Part shown: one piece after another, positions 43,657 through 55,718 of the stretch | Layout of the letters: every line of letters begins with the position of its first letter | Numbering within the stretch: the first letter of the stretch is position 1 | NCBI GenBank assembly: GCA_010015805.1 | Contig: ML978138.1 | Span: 1 to 64,000 of the forward strand | Direction of reading: 5' to 3' | DNA length: 64,000 nucleotides | Source: Rhizodiscina lignyota | Lineage: Eukaryota | The notes under the pieces: generated by a model | Seen by the model: only the letters and a program-made list of their open reading frames with translations | Told to the model about the DNA's origin: nothing | Databases searched by the model: none | Position numbers and translations under genes: made by a program

Positions 43657-45600
43657 ATGGCATCGGGCACCAGCAATATGAATAACTTGACGACGCTGAT
43701 CAAGCGGTAAGATTCTCTCTACTTCCTGCTCAACCACTTCTTCGCAAAAACAACCCCAGCGCCAGCAAGCAACATGAGCATTACTTCAAGCCGCAGAATC
43801 TCAGCGCCAGTCCATATACAAGAGTCCCCACTGACGCAGCTTCTCACCAGACTCGAGGCTGCGACGAGCCGACTGGAAGACATTGCCTCGTCTTCCGAAC
43901 AACCTGCCCCCACGACAAATGGAACAACTACTACAGCCGCTACTTCAGGGCCTTCCGCCCCCCAGTCGCAATCTCCAGCACCCGCCAAAGAGCCGCCAAA
44001 GGAGGAGCTCCCACAGTCAATTGAGGACTTTGATACCTTGCTTAATGGAGACGTGAAGGCGTGGACCGACCTGAGTACAGCATTTGGCGGAGTAATTGCA
44101 GAGCAGGTATGTAGTCTTACATGGCCAATATGAACAATGAACTTCTTGTGAAAGAGCGCATATGCTGACGAATTCGTGTCATCAACAGGCCACAGCAGTA
44201 TCCCGCGCATTCGCTGCTCAACGGCAGTTCCTTCTCATTTCGACCAAGGCGAAGAAGCCGGATATGACTTCAACCACGTTCATGGATATCCTCAAAGACT
44301 TGCAAACGGAGATGATGAAGGCCGACGACATTAGACAGAGCAATCGCGCGTCCCCGCAGAAAGACCATCTTGCAATGGTTGCTGATGGTGTCGGTGCGTT
44401 GGGCTGGATAACAATGGAGCGGAGTCCAAAGCCCGCAGATTACGTGCAAGACTTGTTTGGTGGCGCGCAGATGTACGGGAACAAGGTGCTGAAGGAGTTC
44501 AAGGACAAGTGAGTTGGCTTTCGATCATGGCTGGGTCGAGGCTAATTACAGCAAACAGGGACTCGCAGCAGACGGAATGGGTTCAAGCATTCTACAAGCT
44601 GTTCAAATCACTCGTCGTATACATTAAACAGCACCACAATACCGGCGTCAACTGGAATCCGCAGGGCATGGAAGCAGCAGAGGCGCTCAAGCAAGTCCAA
44701 TCCCAGCCTGCAAACGGTACCGCGAAGCCCGCACCCACGCCATCCGGAGGCGCACCACCTCCACCCCCTCCGCCATTACCACCACCAGACTTTGGCAGCG
44801 CACCGCCTCCGCCTCCTCCTCCACCTGCTGCTGGCTCTGCTAAATCAGCGCCAGACATGGGTGCCGTGTTCGATCAGCTGAATCAAGGCGAATCCGTCAC
44901 CAAGAGCTTGAAGAAGGTTGATGCTAGCCAGATGACACATAAGAACCCTTCACTACGCGCTGCTGCGCCCGTTCCAACGCGAAGTGATAGCAGCAGCAGT
45001 ATTGGAAGGAAGAGTCCAACACCGCCAGGGAAGAAACCAAAGCCGGAGAGCATGCGTCAGAAAAAGCCTCCGAGGAAAGAGCTGGATGGTAATAAATGGA
45101 TCATTGTAAGTTGGGTGCTTTGAGCCGATGCTGAAGCCGATACTGACAGTGGATATTAGGAGAACTTTGACAATCCTTCCGAACCTGTCGAGATACCTGC
45201 AGAAATCAACCACTCTATCCTCGTCACAAAATGTACCCGCACAACACTGCGCATCAATGGCAAAGCAAACGCAATCTCCATCGACAACTCACCGCGCACA
45301 TCTCTCATCCTCGACTCCCTCGTCTCTTCCGTCGACGTGATCAAATGCCCGAACTTCGCGCTCCAAATCCTCGGCACCGTGCCTACCGTCTTGCTCGATC
45401 AGGTCGACAGCGCGACGCTGTATCTCTCCAAAGATAGCTTGAGCACCGAAATTTTCACGTCCAAGTCCTCGGGTGTGAACGTCAATCTGCCACCTGAAGA
45501 CGAGGATGGCGATTACAGGGAGTGTCCGGCGCCAGAGCAGTTCCGCAGCTATGTTAAGAACGGGCAGCTTGTTAGTGAGATTGTTGAGCATGCTGGGTAA
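43657..45600 (+). CDS. SRV2: Adenylyl cyclase-associated protein (CAP)
   Basis: LTTLIKRLEAATSRLED, central polyproline, LKKVD..QMTHKNPSLR, C-terminal CARP beta-helix ending VEHAG. Introns 43707-43850, ~44107-44189, ~44509-44559, ~45106-45160. Confidence 0.95.
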
Positions 45601-47051
45601 TTGTGAAAAGTGTTCCTGCGCGCCATTGCTTCGGTTTTCCCGTTCGCCTTCGCCCTTGTGTTCGCATCAAGTTTGGAGAATGAGCGTTGAGGCACGCTTG
45701 TTTGGTGATTGGGCTTTTGAGCGGAGAGGGCTTGAGTCGACCGGCTGTGTTCTTGTACAGTTGTATGTAGATTAATCCCTTCAGAAAAGGCTTGTGTCCT
45801 GATCAATCTTACCCTTTCGTCCGTATAAGATGCTATCGAATTGAAAATTAATCAACTTGGTGGGCCTGGGAGTTTGAGCCCCTTTCATGTCAGTATCTGC
45901 AGTCGTCAACGCCACAATTCAAAACAACGTCACAGCGGAATCCTTCTCGCTCGAAGGGGTACCGCATTTGACTTAGACTACAGCAATGGATCTTATCAAA
46001 TTATCAAGCATCAATATCACAATCCTCCCAGTCGGCGCTTGGTCGGCGTTAATCAGCAAGCATTCCCACTCTCGGCAGAAATGATGTGATTGTTGCGACG
46101 CGGTGGGAACGCGCTGACAGAGAGCGCGGAGAGAATTTCCGCTGTACACCAGTTTTGCCAACGTGCTGTGGCGTATGTATTATTGATCAGTGGTGCAAAA
46201 ATCATCCGATTGGGGGAGGCGGAAGGAGCCTATTGGAGTGTAATTCTAACTTCTTTGACTTCTGCTCGGGTAACTAGCCGTAAATGGCTTAAAGTCTTGT
46301 TTGGCAATTATTCATTCGTCGCCCGAAATGCTCGAAACCACTGTACGTTACAACAACTTATTTTGAACTACCTCCTATGAAAAGTACTACAGGTACCAAC
46401 CAAACAGACATACCCAATTCCCTGTGACCTGCATACGTTACGGTGGGACAACTGCTTGTCGAGAAAGACATTTGCTTAAAGGCAATCGACGTCTATGCCA
46501 AATCGATATACATATACGTACTTCCAAGCTTCGTAGATATCGAGCCCATGAAGGAAACTGCCAAAATTGAAACCCATTCTTCACAAATCTATGGTATCAA
46601 AATAACTATCCATAGTCAAAGCAATGCTGATTATGAGAAAGGTGTAAAGAATTGATTCCATTTTCAGCTCCACCCTCGTTGAACAGCCGAGCGGACACCC
46701 ATTCCGCTCTACAGTTGACGCTAGCAGCAAGTCCCTTGTTTCCAGCTTGAATTCTAAACAGCGCTGACAAAACATCTCGCAGAAGTTTTAGTTTCAGCCA
46801 CCGACATGTTTATTACGGCAGAGTGGAGACGTGCTGATTTCCGATTTCATCGGTCTATCGGAGGCGCCCCACTGTCGCTGGCTATGGACAGGAAAGTATA
46901 TATTCAGTTGAAAATCATAGCTTTCAGTCTCTATTCAGATTCCATTCAAATCAGGCTCGCCAATCTCCTCAAGCATTCCATCAAAAAAGTCTACACGAGC
47001 TTGTCATTAGCATTGACCATTTCCCCAACCAGTCCTTAATCCTCAGAAGCA

Positions 47052-48079
47052 ATGGCGCCTCAAATCAAGTCTGTCGTGATCATTGGTGTATGGTCTCCCA
47101 ATCAAGCTTTTATGGATGAAAACTGACGCAAACCCAAGGCTGGTGGTAACCTTGGCAAAGGTGTTTTGTCCGCATTCCTCAATTCGGGGCTGCAAGTCTC
47201 CGTCATCAGCAGACCAGAATCGAAGTCTACATTCCCGTAAGTCAATCAGCAACCGTCTCGCGGAATCGAACATCGATTGACTTATACACCAACAGACCCA
47301 GTGTGAACGTCATCAAATCCACATATGATCCAGCCGAACTGCGTTCCGCCTTTCTCGGCCAGGATGCTCTCGTCTGCCTCATCTCCAATTTCGCCCTCGC
47401 AGATCAAAAGACGATCATTGACGCCGCCGCAGCCGCTGGTATACAATGGTTCATCCCATCCGAGTTCGGCAGCAACACAACTGACAAGGCACTGACCGAT
47501 TACTGTTCACCTTGTTTCGACCACAAGACCGAGACGGTAAAATATGCTCGGAGCAAGGAGAGCGCAGGAATGAACTGGACCGCATTCATCACAGGATTCT
47601 TCTTCGAATGGGGTCTCGAGAAGAAGTTCTTTGGCTTCGACCCCGAGTCGAAGAGCGCGGAGATATGGAACACGGGCAACGAACGGTTCAGCACAACCAA
47701 CCTGCCAACGATCGGGAAGGCAATTGTCAATCTGCTTACATCGCCGGAGAAGCTGGAGGCGTGCAAGAACCGCTATGTCCTCATTAGCTCGTACACCACG
47801 ACGCAGAACGAGGTGCTCAAGACGTTCGAAAAGGTTACCGGGGAGAAGTGGGCGGTAACTCATGTCGATGCGGAGAAGCGTGGGAAGGAAGGCCAGGACA
47901 TGCTTGCGAGAGGCATGTTTGGGTTAGCTGCGTTTCAAAACGTGCTTCTCGGAGCAGTCTATGGGAAGCAGCAGCTTGGAGATCATACGAAGGGCAAGAT
48001 GGATAATGATCTGCTGCTTCCAGGTAACAATGAGGATATGGAGAAACAGTTGAGCCATATCATGGCAGAGCTGAAATAG
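47052..48079 (+). CDS. NmrA-like / isoflavone reductase family oxidoreductase
   Basis: VVIIG/AGGNLG, FIPSEFG, K..., WTAFITGFFFEWG. Introns ~47087-47139 and ~47237-47295. Confidence 0.9.
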
Positions 48080-48248
48080 TACAGTCTGGCTGACAAAATG
48101 AAATAAATGCTTATTCAATTCGGAATCAAGCGTTAGCAAACCACTTGTATTGGCTTGAACTGCGTAAATTTCCAATGTGATACCCGGGTATTGTAATCTG
48201 GCCCAAACGCCGAATTGGTTTGGAGAATTAGGGAAACTACAAAATCTT

Positions 48249-49386
48249 TCAAAGGAACATTGCCATAAGTCTGTCGTCGACAGGCTTGCCGTCGACGATA
48301 TGTTGATTCGTGTCTTTGCGTGCTGGGCTGTTATGTCTGGGGGATGTTAGATTACTTGTCAGAATCGATGGGGTGAGAACTTACGCAAAGAATAAAATCT
48401 TGATTGCGATGGCCAACCCAGCGTGAAGGGCCACAACAACGACGAGAAGGATTTTGGATGTTCGGACATCAGTTGCGCTGAGGATCGGATAGCTGGACAA
48501 CAAGTCAGTGTCTCGATGGCGATTTTCAAGACGGTCAACCCACAGATTGCGGAAAAGGAACAATGCAGAAACGGCAAAGCCAACGCCCACGAAGATGAAG
48601 TTCAAGACTGGGTCCTGTTAGCAAGCTGCACATATTGCAATGTCAGTCAAACTCACTGTTCAGTGGTGACCATGAGATGAGCGCAACTGGAATCCAGATA
48701 ATATTTGCGTATCCATAAAGTGCCCAACACTCCAGCAGATTCGCAGACTCGCTACCGAACCACTTGAGCGTAGCCCAGAGTCCGATTGGAATGACCGCAG
48801 TGTAACCATAGATCAAACCCGCGCCTCCACTCAACAGCCGAAAGTCGTACGGGAAGTGATCCTTCCCCTGATATGCCAGATAATCATTAATTGTGCCAGT
48901 CACAAATAGTATCATGACCACTGTTGTAGCGATCCAGAAGGGGCCGTACAGGTCGGGGTTGCCGTCAAGCACATCGAGGAAGTTGGCACGCGGAAAGATG
49001 GCGGCGTAGCATCGTCGCAGGACTTCGTTGGTATCGACGTCGAAGAATTGAGCGTAGAAGGAGATGGACCACAGGAGGCGCTTGTTCGAGCCCGAGCCGG
49101 AGCCACGAGTCGCAGGGCCGGGGAGGAAGCCTGCGCCTGTGTCGGGTTGGATTTTCGCGCCGGGCTGGTTGTTGTTGTTGAAGTCTGCGATGGTCAATAA
49201 GGGTATTACACGTAAACTTCAGTAGGTGGGGCGTACTGGAAGGATGGAATTCGAGGTCGTCTTGTAAGTCTGTATGACCTAGGTCGCCCTGAGTAGCGTG
49301 TCAGATAATTGCGCGACAGTCATAGAGTGAAGAGAACGTGCCTCCTGATCCACATCAACAACAACATCGTAGCCTCTGTTAGCCAT
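48249..49386 (-). CDS. YIP1-domain Golgi membrane protein (YIPF1/2-like)
   Basis: MANRGYDVVVDVDQE/GDLGHTDLQDDLEFH, FYAQFFDVDT, NPDLYGPFWIATT, ECWALYGY, HAGLAIAIKILFF. Multiple introns, the first of GC-AG type. Confidence 0.88.
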
Positions 49387-50053
49387 TGCGGTGAGTTCCT
49401 GAGGGACTGGTGAGGAATGATATCTCGGTGAATGTCGTCGTGAAGCTTGCCTGGAGAAGAGCTCAGCATAGGGCGACGTGACGAAAAGCTGTCTTAGTCA
49501 TCCATCGCCGCACCACATGCACCTCCGAAGCTTGAGCGTCGCTTTGCAAGTAGTCTCACTCCAAATCGATATATTATATCCCAGGCTATTCAAATCAATC
49601 ATAAGGTTGAATCAAGGTGAGCAACTGGAGATACTATCTGACTTGTGGGCTGCTAGAGTCGTCAAATGCTGCCATATCCTCACCCTCGCAGAATTAACAC
49701 TGGAACGAGCAGGACTGACACTTCAAGGCAAGCCATACCATTTCCGAAAGCTCAGCCGTATGTTCTTTGGGGTGCATTTATGTAATACTAAGCCGTTCAA
49801 ACCCTTGAAACATTTTCTTGGCTCTGTAAGGTACATATGCAACCTGCTCAATGTCTGCATCTGTCAACAAAATGTCACCTTTCAGCTACTCCACTTCCTT
49901 TTGGCTCGAGGGTAGTCCTTCGAAGTCCTTTCCAATGAATCCAGCCAGTTCTATCCATCGGCAAACCCCAACTCCACAACTCGATGCTCCGGACGCCGAG
50001 GAATGCTAGATCAACCCGGTACACCGATGAAGCCTTTCTCCATCTGTCTATGC

Positions 50054-51580
50054 TCATCCCACAATCCTCTTAGTAAACTGCCCCAACCCTCCGACCAACC
50101 TCTCTCTATCCCGCGCCTCAAAACCCAACTGCACTTCCCAATCCGACTCCACGCCCTTTCGCCTCGGAAAAACGCACGCATACCCCACAGCCGGAGCATG
50201 CGGTTTCCGATAGAACTCCGGCTTCGCTGAGCAGGCACCTCTAATATCCCACTGCGTATCCATGCCAAAGTCCGTCCACGAGCTGCATATCATGCCTGCA
50301 CCGCGCCGGATTGTCTCCACTTCGCCAATATTGCTGAGCCGGCGTACATCAGGAACTGATGCGAACAGTTTCGTGCGCTTTGACACGTACTCTTCGTCGA
50401 CAGCGTCAATCGCTGCCTTGATCTTGAGAGCGAGCTTTGCGAGTGTGTCGGGGGCTGTAGATACTACTTTAGCGAGTGGTACCTTGGCTATCGTATGCAA
50501 GACTGCGTTGCCTGGGAAGTAGTTCTCAGGAGCGATGCCGCGTGCACGGAGGTCTACTAGCGTTGCAAAAGTGCTCTCCTCGGTGAGGTCGAGGTGCGGC
50601 AGGCGAGCGAGCATTAGGTGGTGCCAAATCAGTGCAGTAAGACAAACAAAGCTTGAGAGCTTTGGGTGAACTGGGGTCGGCGGGGGATCCAATTCCATTT
50701 TTTCGTCATTGCCTGTCTTTCGTCGTCGCTTGCTGACAAAAGATAGCCAGAGTGACTGGTCTGCCTCGATCTGGGTATTGATTCGCTCTTTGAGGCCCTG
50801 AACGTATTCCCCGGAGAATACAAAGAAGCGCGACAGTGTATCTTCGCTGTGGTAGCGGAGTGGCTTTTCGTCATCGAGCTGGAAATATTCAGGACAATCG
50901 TGCAGAAGCGTCTTGATGTCCGCACTTGTCTCGACAGGAGTGCTTGGCCAAGGAGGACTCAAGTCAACACGATCTAAATCCAAGTTAACTCCCTCAAACT
51001 TGTGTTTGAAAGCAGGGTTTAGCGAATGACACGCGCGGCTCCACTCCTGCAGGACTTGGAACCTGGCCCCACCGTCGAGGACGGCATGATGAGTGCACAT
51101 GGCAACAGCAAGGCCCCCAGCGCAGAACGTAATCTGAGCCTTAAAAACGGGCATTGGCTCGTCGACATACGTTAGCGAAGGAGTGTTGAAGAAGAATTGA
51201 TCTTGCAGATACTTCGAAGGCATTCCCTCAAAGTAGTTGATGTTACTATATCCGGAAGGAAATTGGGCGTCGGTTAAGGTTGCCATAGTCAGTATGCGGT
51301 TGAGATCCTGTTGCTCCGGCCGACTCGATTGATATCTTACTTCTACCCGACCAACTAGCTGCTGGCTCTCGTTCGCTTGGGTTGGGGTCACGTGTCCGCA
51401 AAGAAAAGGCCAGCGTCGAAGAACACGTAGAAGGCCATCCTCCAACTGCTCTATGCCATGTTGCTGCTGTGTCGGGGAACAGTATGCAAACATGACCATC
51501 GTTCTCGTGTACGTACGAGCGCTGACCTGACCGAAAAGGTCAATTGGCAGGACTTTCAGCGGGTCTGTTGCGGTGGTCAT
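50054..51580 (-). CDS. CoA-dependent O-acyltransferase (transferase family, TRI101-like fold)
   Basis: Intronless 508 aa. HHAVLDG (HXXXDG), WPFLCG, YFPGNA, SSW and DFG motifs. Confidence 0.85.
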   Translation of the reverse strand: MTTATDPLKVLPIDLFGQVSARTYTRTMVMFAYCSPTQQQHGIEQLEDGLLRVLRRWPFLCGHVTPTQANESQQLVGRVEVRYQSSRPEQQDLNRILTMATLTDAQFPSGYSNINYFEGMPSKYLQDQFFFNTPSLTYVDEPMPVFKAQITFCAGGLAVAMCTHHAVLDGGARFQVLQEWSRACHSLNPAFKHKFEGVNLDLDRVDLSPPWPSTPVETSADIKTLLHDCPEYFQLDDEKPLRYHSEDTLSRFFVFSGEYVQGLKERINTQIEADQSLWLSFVSKRRRKTGNDEKMELDPPPTPVHPKLSSFVCLTALIWHHLMLARLPHLDLTEESTFATLVDLRARGIAPENYFPGNAVLHTIAKVPLAKVVSTAPDTLAKLALKIKAAIDAVDEEYVSKRTKLFASVPDVRRLSNIGEVETIRRGAGMICSSWTDFGMDTQWDIRGACSAKPEFYRKPHAPAVGYACVFPRRKGVESDWEVQLGFEARDRERLVGGLGQFTKRIVG

Positions 51581-52146
51581 TGTTGGGTCGTAAGTCTGAA
51601 AGAATTATTGACTCGGGTTGGTATTTGTAGGGCTGAAGAGAAAAAAGACTGATGAGTCTGAGAGCTGTGTATCATAGCAGTAGTAGGAAGAAAAAGTCCT
51701 CGAGGTGGTTGAAATTTAAGTATTGCTGAAGCTGGCCCGGCGCGAGAGAAACTAGTGAAGGAGAAGAAGGGAGTGAATGCTGGCTGGAGCCTCCCAACAC
51801 ACCAAATGTCCTTGTACTACGGCAGGTTGGAGGCTGGCGCTTAGTTCCTCTTTTGTGCGATGTTGTAAACAACTTGGCACGAATCACCGATTGCAGAGGG
51901 AGTATTCCGATCGAGTGGGCAGCGAGTACGCCAAAAGAAATGTATGACACCAAAGAACTTCACTTATTCGGAACACTCTTGGCAGGCCTTGATGGTGATG
52001 TTTCGATATTGTTGAGGACTCGGAAGATGCTTCAGGATATACCTCCTTCACCGTTCGTCAACTTAGAATTCAGCTTCGCACCGGTGCCGGCTGTCATTAT
52101 TATACGCTGAAACTGATAGGCAGATCTCGGTAGATCCCAAATATAT

Positions 52147-53912
52147 TCACAAATCATTGTGAAACTTTGGCGGCGCTTGCCAACTCATTGCTCTTAGCTT
52201 TGGGCCGTACCACTTCAATGACATCATAGCTATTGCAAACAGGCAAAATTAGCGTAGAACTGAGATTCCGGGCTCTGAGGGTTGCTCACGTATGAAGAAC
52301 ACAATGTTGATTAAAGCGAAAGTCAGCCACGCATATTCGTATTTGACTTTTGCACCAAATGGTATCCTAGATCACAGTTAGATGAGTTCACAGGTGCGGG
52401 AGAAGCTGAACCAAACGAAATTGGTCAACGGGAACATACGCATAAAAAGAGATTATCATCGAGTACACATTGCGGAACACGTTCAACAGACTCGAAATTT
52501 CTGCGCTTTGAGGTTTGTAGCACTGTAACAGTGTTAGTTCATCAGAGATGGGTTGAGTAAAGTTCGACTCACATCAGTTGTATACGCGTACGTGACTGTC
52601 GTTGCAGCCTGTAGTCCACAATTTGCAATTCCCATTCCAAACGCCGTGCCGACCCATGAGACTGTCTTGAAGTGTGTGAGGCACACGCCCTCAATTATCA
52701 CACCGATTGGAACAAGCAGTCCAAACCACAGTGCACCCAGTCGGGCTTCTGGGAGTCGTTCACCGTCATGTTTCTTTGCATATCGGATAGCCATCCAATC
52801 AACCAACCAGCCGGCATTCGCCTCGCCGATCACGCAGCCGATGAGAAGAGGAATCGAGAGCATCAAGCCAGTCTGCGAGACGGTGAAGTTGTAGAACTGC
52901 TTGAAGAGTTGCGAGCCAGTTGTGGCGAACAGGACACTGCCGTAACCAAAGGCTGTCATGTAATAGAGCCCCGGGATAGTCACAACAAGGTACTTGAACA
53001 TGTACAGGTTCCTCCAGAAGTCCTTGAGGTGCAACTTCCGATCTGACATTGTCGAACGGAATAGCAAGAGGTCCACATATGAGTGCGGCTTATGGTCCAG
53101 TCTAGTCTTGCGAGAATAGAGAGTTTCCGGGAGTAAAAAGATGTTGATAACAAATGTACCCAATTGAATGTAACCCTGAAAGGTTGTTAGTCAAGTTCGA
53201 TAAACGTACTTGAGCCAGTGCTCACCGGGATTCGGAAGCACCAATTCCAACTCAAGTATTGTGCGGCGAAACCTCCTATCAGCGGTGCAACATGCGGACC
53301 GTTTGTCAGGAACAAGGTAAATATTCCCATATAGAAACCCCTCTCATGCATACAAAACATATCGCATATTGTCGCAGCTCCGATCGCACCTGGACTCCCA
53401 GCCGCAATGCCATTGAACGCTCTCGTTGCCAAAATACCCGCCCAAGTCGGGCTGTAACCGGCCGCGATATTGGTGACGGCGCCAATAACATTCCCAACGA
53501 GATATATCGGTCTGCGGCCGTAGATATTCGCAAATGGGATGACTAGAAGAGGCCCAACACCGGCAAAGACAATGTACATGGTGAGCTCGTAGGACGCTTG
53601 CACAACTGTGATATTGAATGCTTTGGATAATGGAACAAATGCTGGGTTTGCAACTGCTGCAGCCATGGGACCGAGGAACGCGAGCCAACTGACTTGGAAG
53701 ACGACGAGTAGCTTCATTGGTAGCGACCAGTTCAGCGGGTCATCTTTGTTGTCCGAAGGTTGGGGAATGAGTGGCAGTCCATACTTGTCAAGTTTGACGT
53801 GCTCGATATCTGGCTTCATCTCGTTCTCAATCTCTTTCGAATCGTCATTGTGTACCACTACAGACTCCAGGTGAGTGGCGGGCTGCGTCTTGTTCTCGTC
53901 CATTGCGCTCAT
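52147..53912 (-). CDS. MFS transporter, DHA1/HOL1-like
   Basis: LIPQPSD..DDPLNW, YGRRP, DMF..HERG, LPETLY, PEARL, YTTD/CYKPQS. Four introns in the 3' half. Confidence 0.88.
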
Positions 53913-54473
53913 TCTCGATTGAACGGCTGAGATTCAGAGCCGAGTTCCAGACGCCCGTTAACTGGGCGAGTGCCGCGCTTTATTTCAGATCATCCTCGCC
54001 AACACGACCAGGATACGTCCATCCCCCTACGTGCTTGGCCGTGATACGAGAACGCTCGCCATTTCGCCAATCAGTAGATCCATGGATGAGTGAAGCCACG
54101 CGAGATGGCACCGGCAGTTGGGTAAGGAAGTAAGAACCCAACTCCGCAGACGTTGAGTCGATCAGTCCGGGGAAGAAGATGTAACTTTGTAGAGTGCGGG
54201 GCGTTAGCAGGGGTTGCTTGGCGAGACCTCTCCCAATGGACGTCTTCGAGTCAGATGATACCTGGGTATTTGATTTTTCATTTCCATTTTCATGGGAAGC
54301 GTAGAACATTGGCGGATGCCCTTCGTTTATACGTTTTCGCGAAGAGAACTGGACCGGGGGCGCTCGTGACCCCTGTTGTCGTCATTTCCGGCTTGGCTTG
54401 GCACGTCTTTCCTAACGTTCGGTAACCTTATCGAGACAGCATCTTCCGGCCGTCATCCAAGAGTCGTTCGACT

Positions 54474-54475
<2 letters not shown>

Positions 54476-54508
<33 letters not shown>
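54476..54508. repeat. (CT)n microsatellite, ~16 units
   Basis: Uninterrupted ctctct run. Confidence 0.95.
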
Positions 54509-54512
<4 letters not shown>

Positions 54513-55064
54513 CAGACGAAGTTGCGGAGAGTCAAATCCGCAGAGGTCTTGGCACGCTAGAGCCTAGTGGCTTTATCGTATGGTGAAGATGGGTGAACCG
54601 TACACCTTGTACTTAACAACATTCAGTATACATGGAAGATTCTCTGAATGTCACTAGTCACGACGCTGGTCAGCTCCGACTAAGAGATAGTAGGAGTCGC
54701 TTAACTCACGAACCAGGACGATTTAGGTATTCGAGCGAAGCCGAGGACCCGCCATTACTCCGTAAGTAGACCAACGAGATCGGCTCGACCAGATATTCAA
54801 TTTGCACACTACTGCATCGATCCGGGAGCTGAGACCGCTGAAATTTGAAGATTGCACCTCAAGCTTCTGAACTCTGGCTCCAAGGATACTTTTATCCGTA
54901 ACGCAGCCTTGCAGGAAGCCCTCGATGATTGGTGTGATTAGAAGTCAGCTGAACTTGACTCGTATTTTCAGCTCCTCTATTCAAGCAGTTTAATATTTTC
55001 TACCACATCGAAGAGATATTTTTGTTTGAAACTCATCAGTCAAGTACTTCCGCTGCAGCTCATC

Positions 55065-55553
55065 ATGCAACCTCTAACAGTTCTCGGGTTCGCGTGTGCT
55101 GTCGGTGCACTATCTGGCCCCTCGCCAAGATCTTCCGGGACATGCGAGTTCCCATGCGGATACTACAAGCAACTCTGTTGCTCCAAAGATCAACTTTGTG
55201 CAACCAACCCCGATAATGAAGCATTCTGTTTATCTCCGCCTTTTCGGCCGACTACTGATAGTTGTACTGCAACTTGCGGAGTCTGGGAATCTGTCACCAA
55301 AACCGAGATCCAGACCGTTTATATGACATATAGCAGCTTCATTCCGACGGGGCCATGTCAATCCCAGCCGACACCTAATTGCGACTTCAGCAAAAACCAG
55401 AGCCCCTGCGGACCAATTTGCTGCAGTTCGGACCAGTATTGCTTCAGGTTTGGGGAGTGTAGAGTAGCAGGGCCGACTACGACTCAGCCTTTTGAGTCGC
55501 CCGTACCAACGGTAGAGGGTGAACAGAGGAGATTAGGCTCTCATGTTTGGTGA
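55065..55553 (+). CDS. Small secreted Cys-rich protein (~162 aa)
   Basis: Hydrophobic N-terminus MQPLTVLGFACAVGA. Two Cys modules (C..PCGYYKQLCC....C and C......PCGPICC....YC....C) separated by a Thr-rich linker. Confidence 0.7.
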   Translation: MQPLTVLGFACAVGALSGPSPRSSGTCEFPCGYYKQLCCSKDQLCATNPDNEAFCLSPPFRPTTDSCTATCGVWESVTKTEIQTVYMTYSSFIPTGPCQSQPTPNCDFSKNQSPCGPICCSSDQYCFRFGECRVAGPTTTQPFESPVPTVEGEQRRLGSHVW

Positions 55554-55718
55554 TTTAGTCATCCTTCTTTCTGGCCGAGACAGCATGTTGTAAAAGTCAT
55601 TCATTCGGTCATGGTGTGGGAAATGCAACAGCTGTGTTCTCGAGCTTTTGATTGTCAGTGGTCGATGGATAGTTGAAGTCCTAAGTTAATCTTGTTTGTT
55701 GCGTAAGCTAAATTCCTC

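Noticed and set aside
49478..50000. 145-aa plus ORF with a protein-like but stop-interrupted antisense frame
   Set aside because: Might be a pseudogene fragment, but no family is identifiable. Needs tBLASTx.
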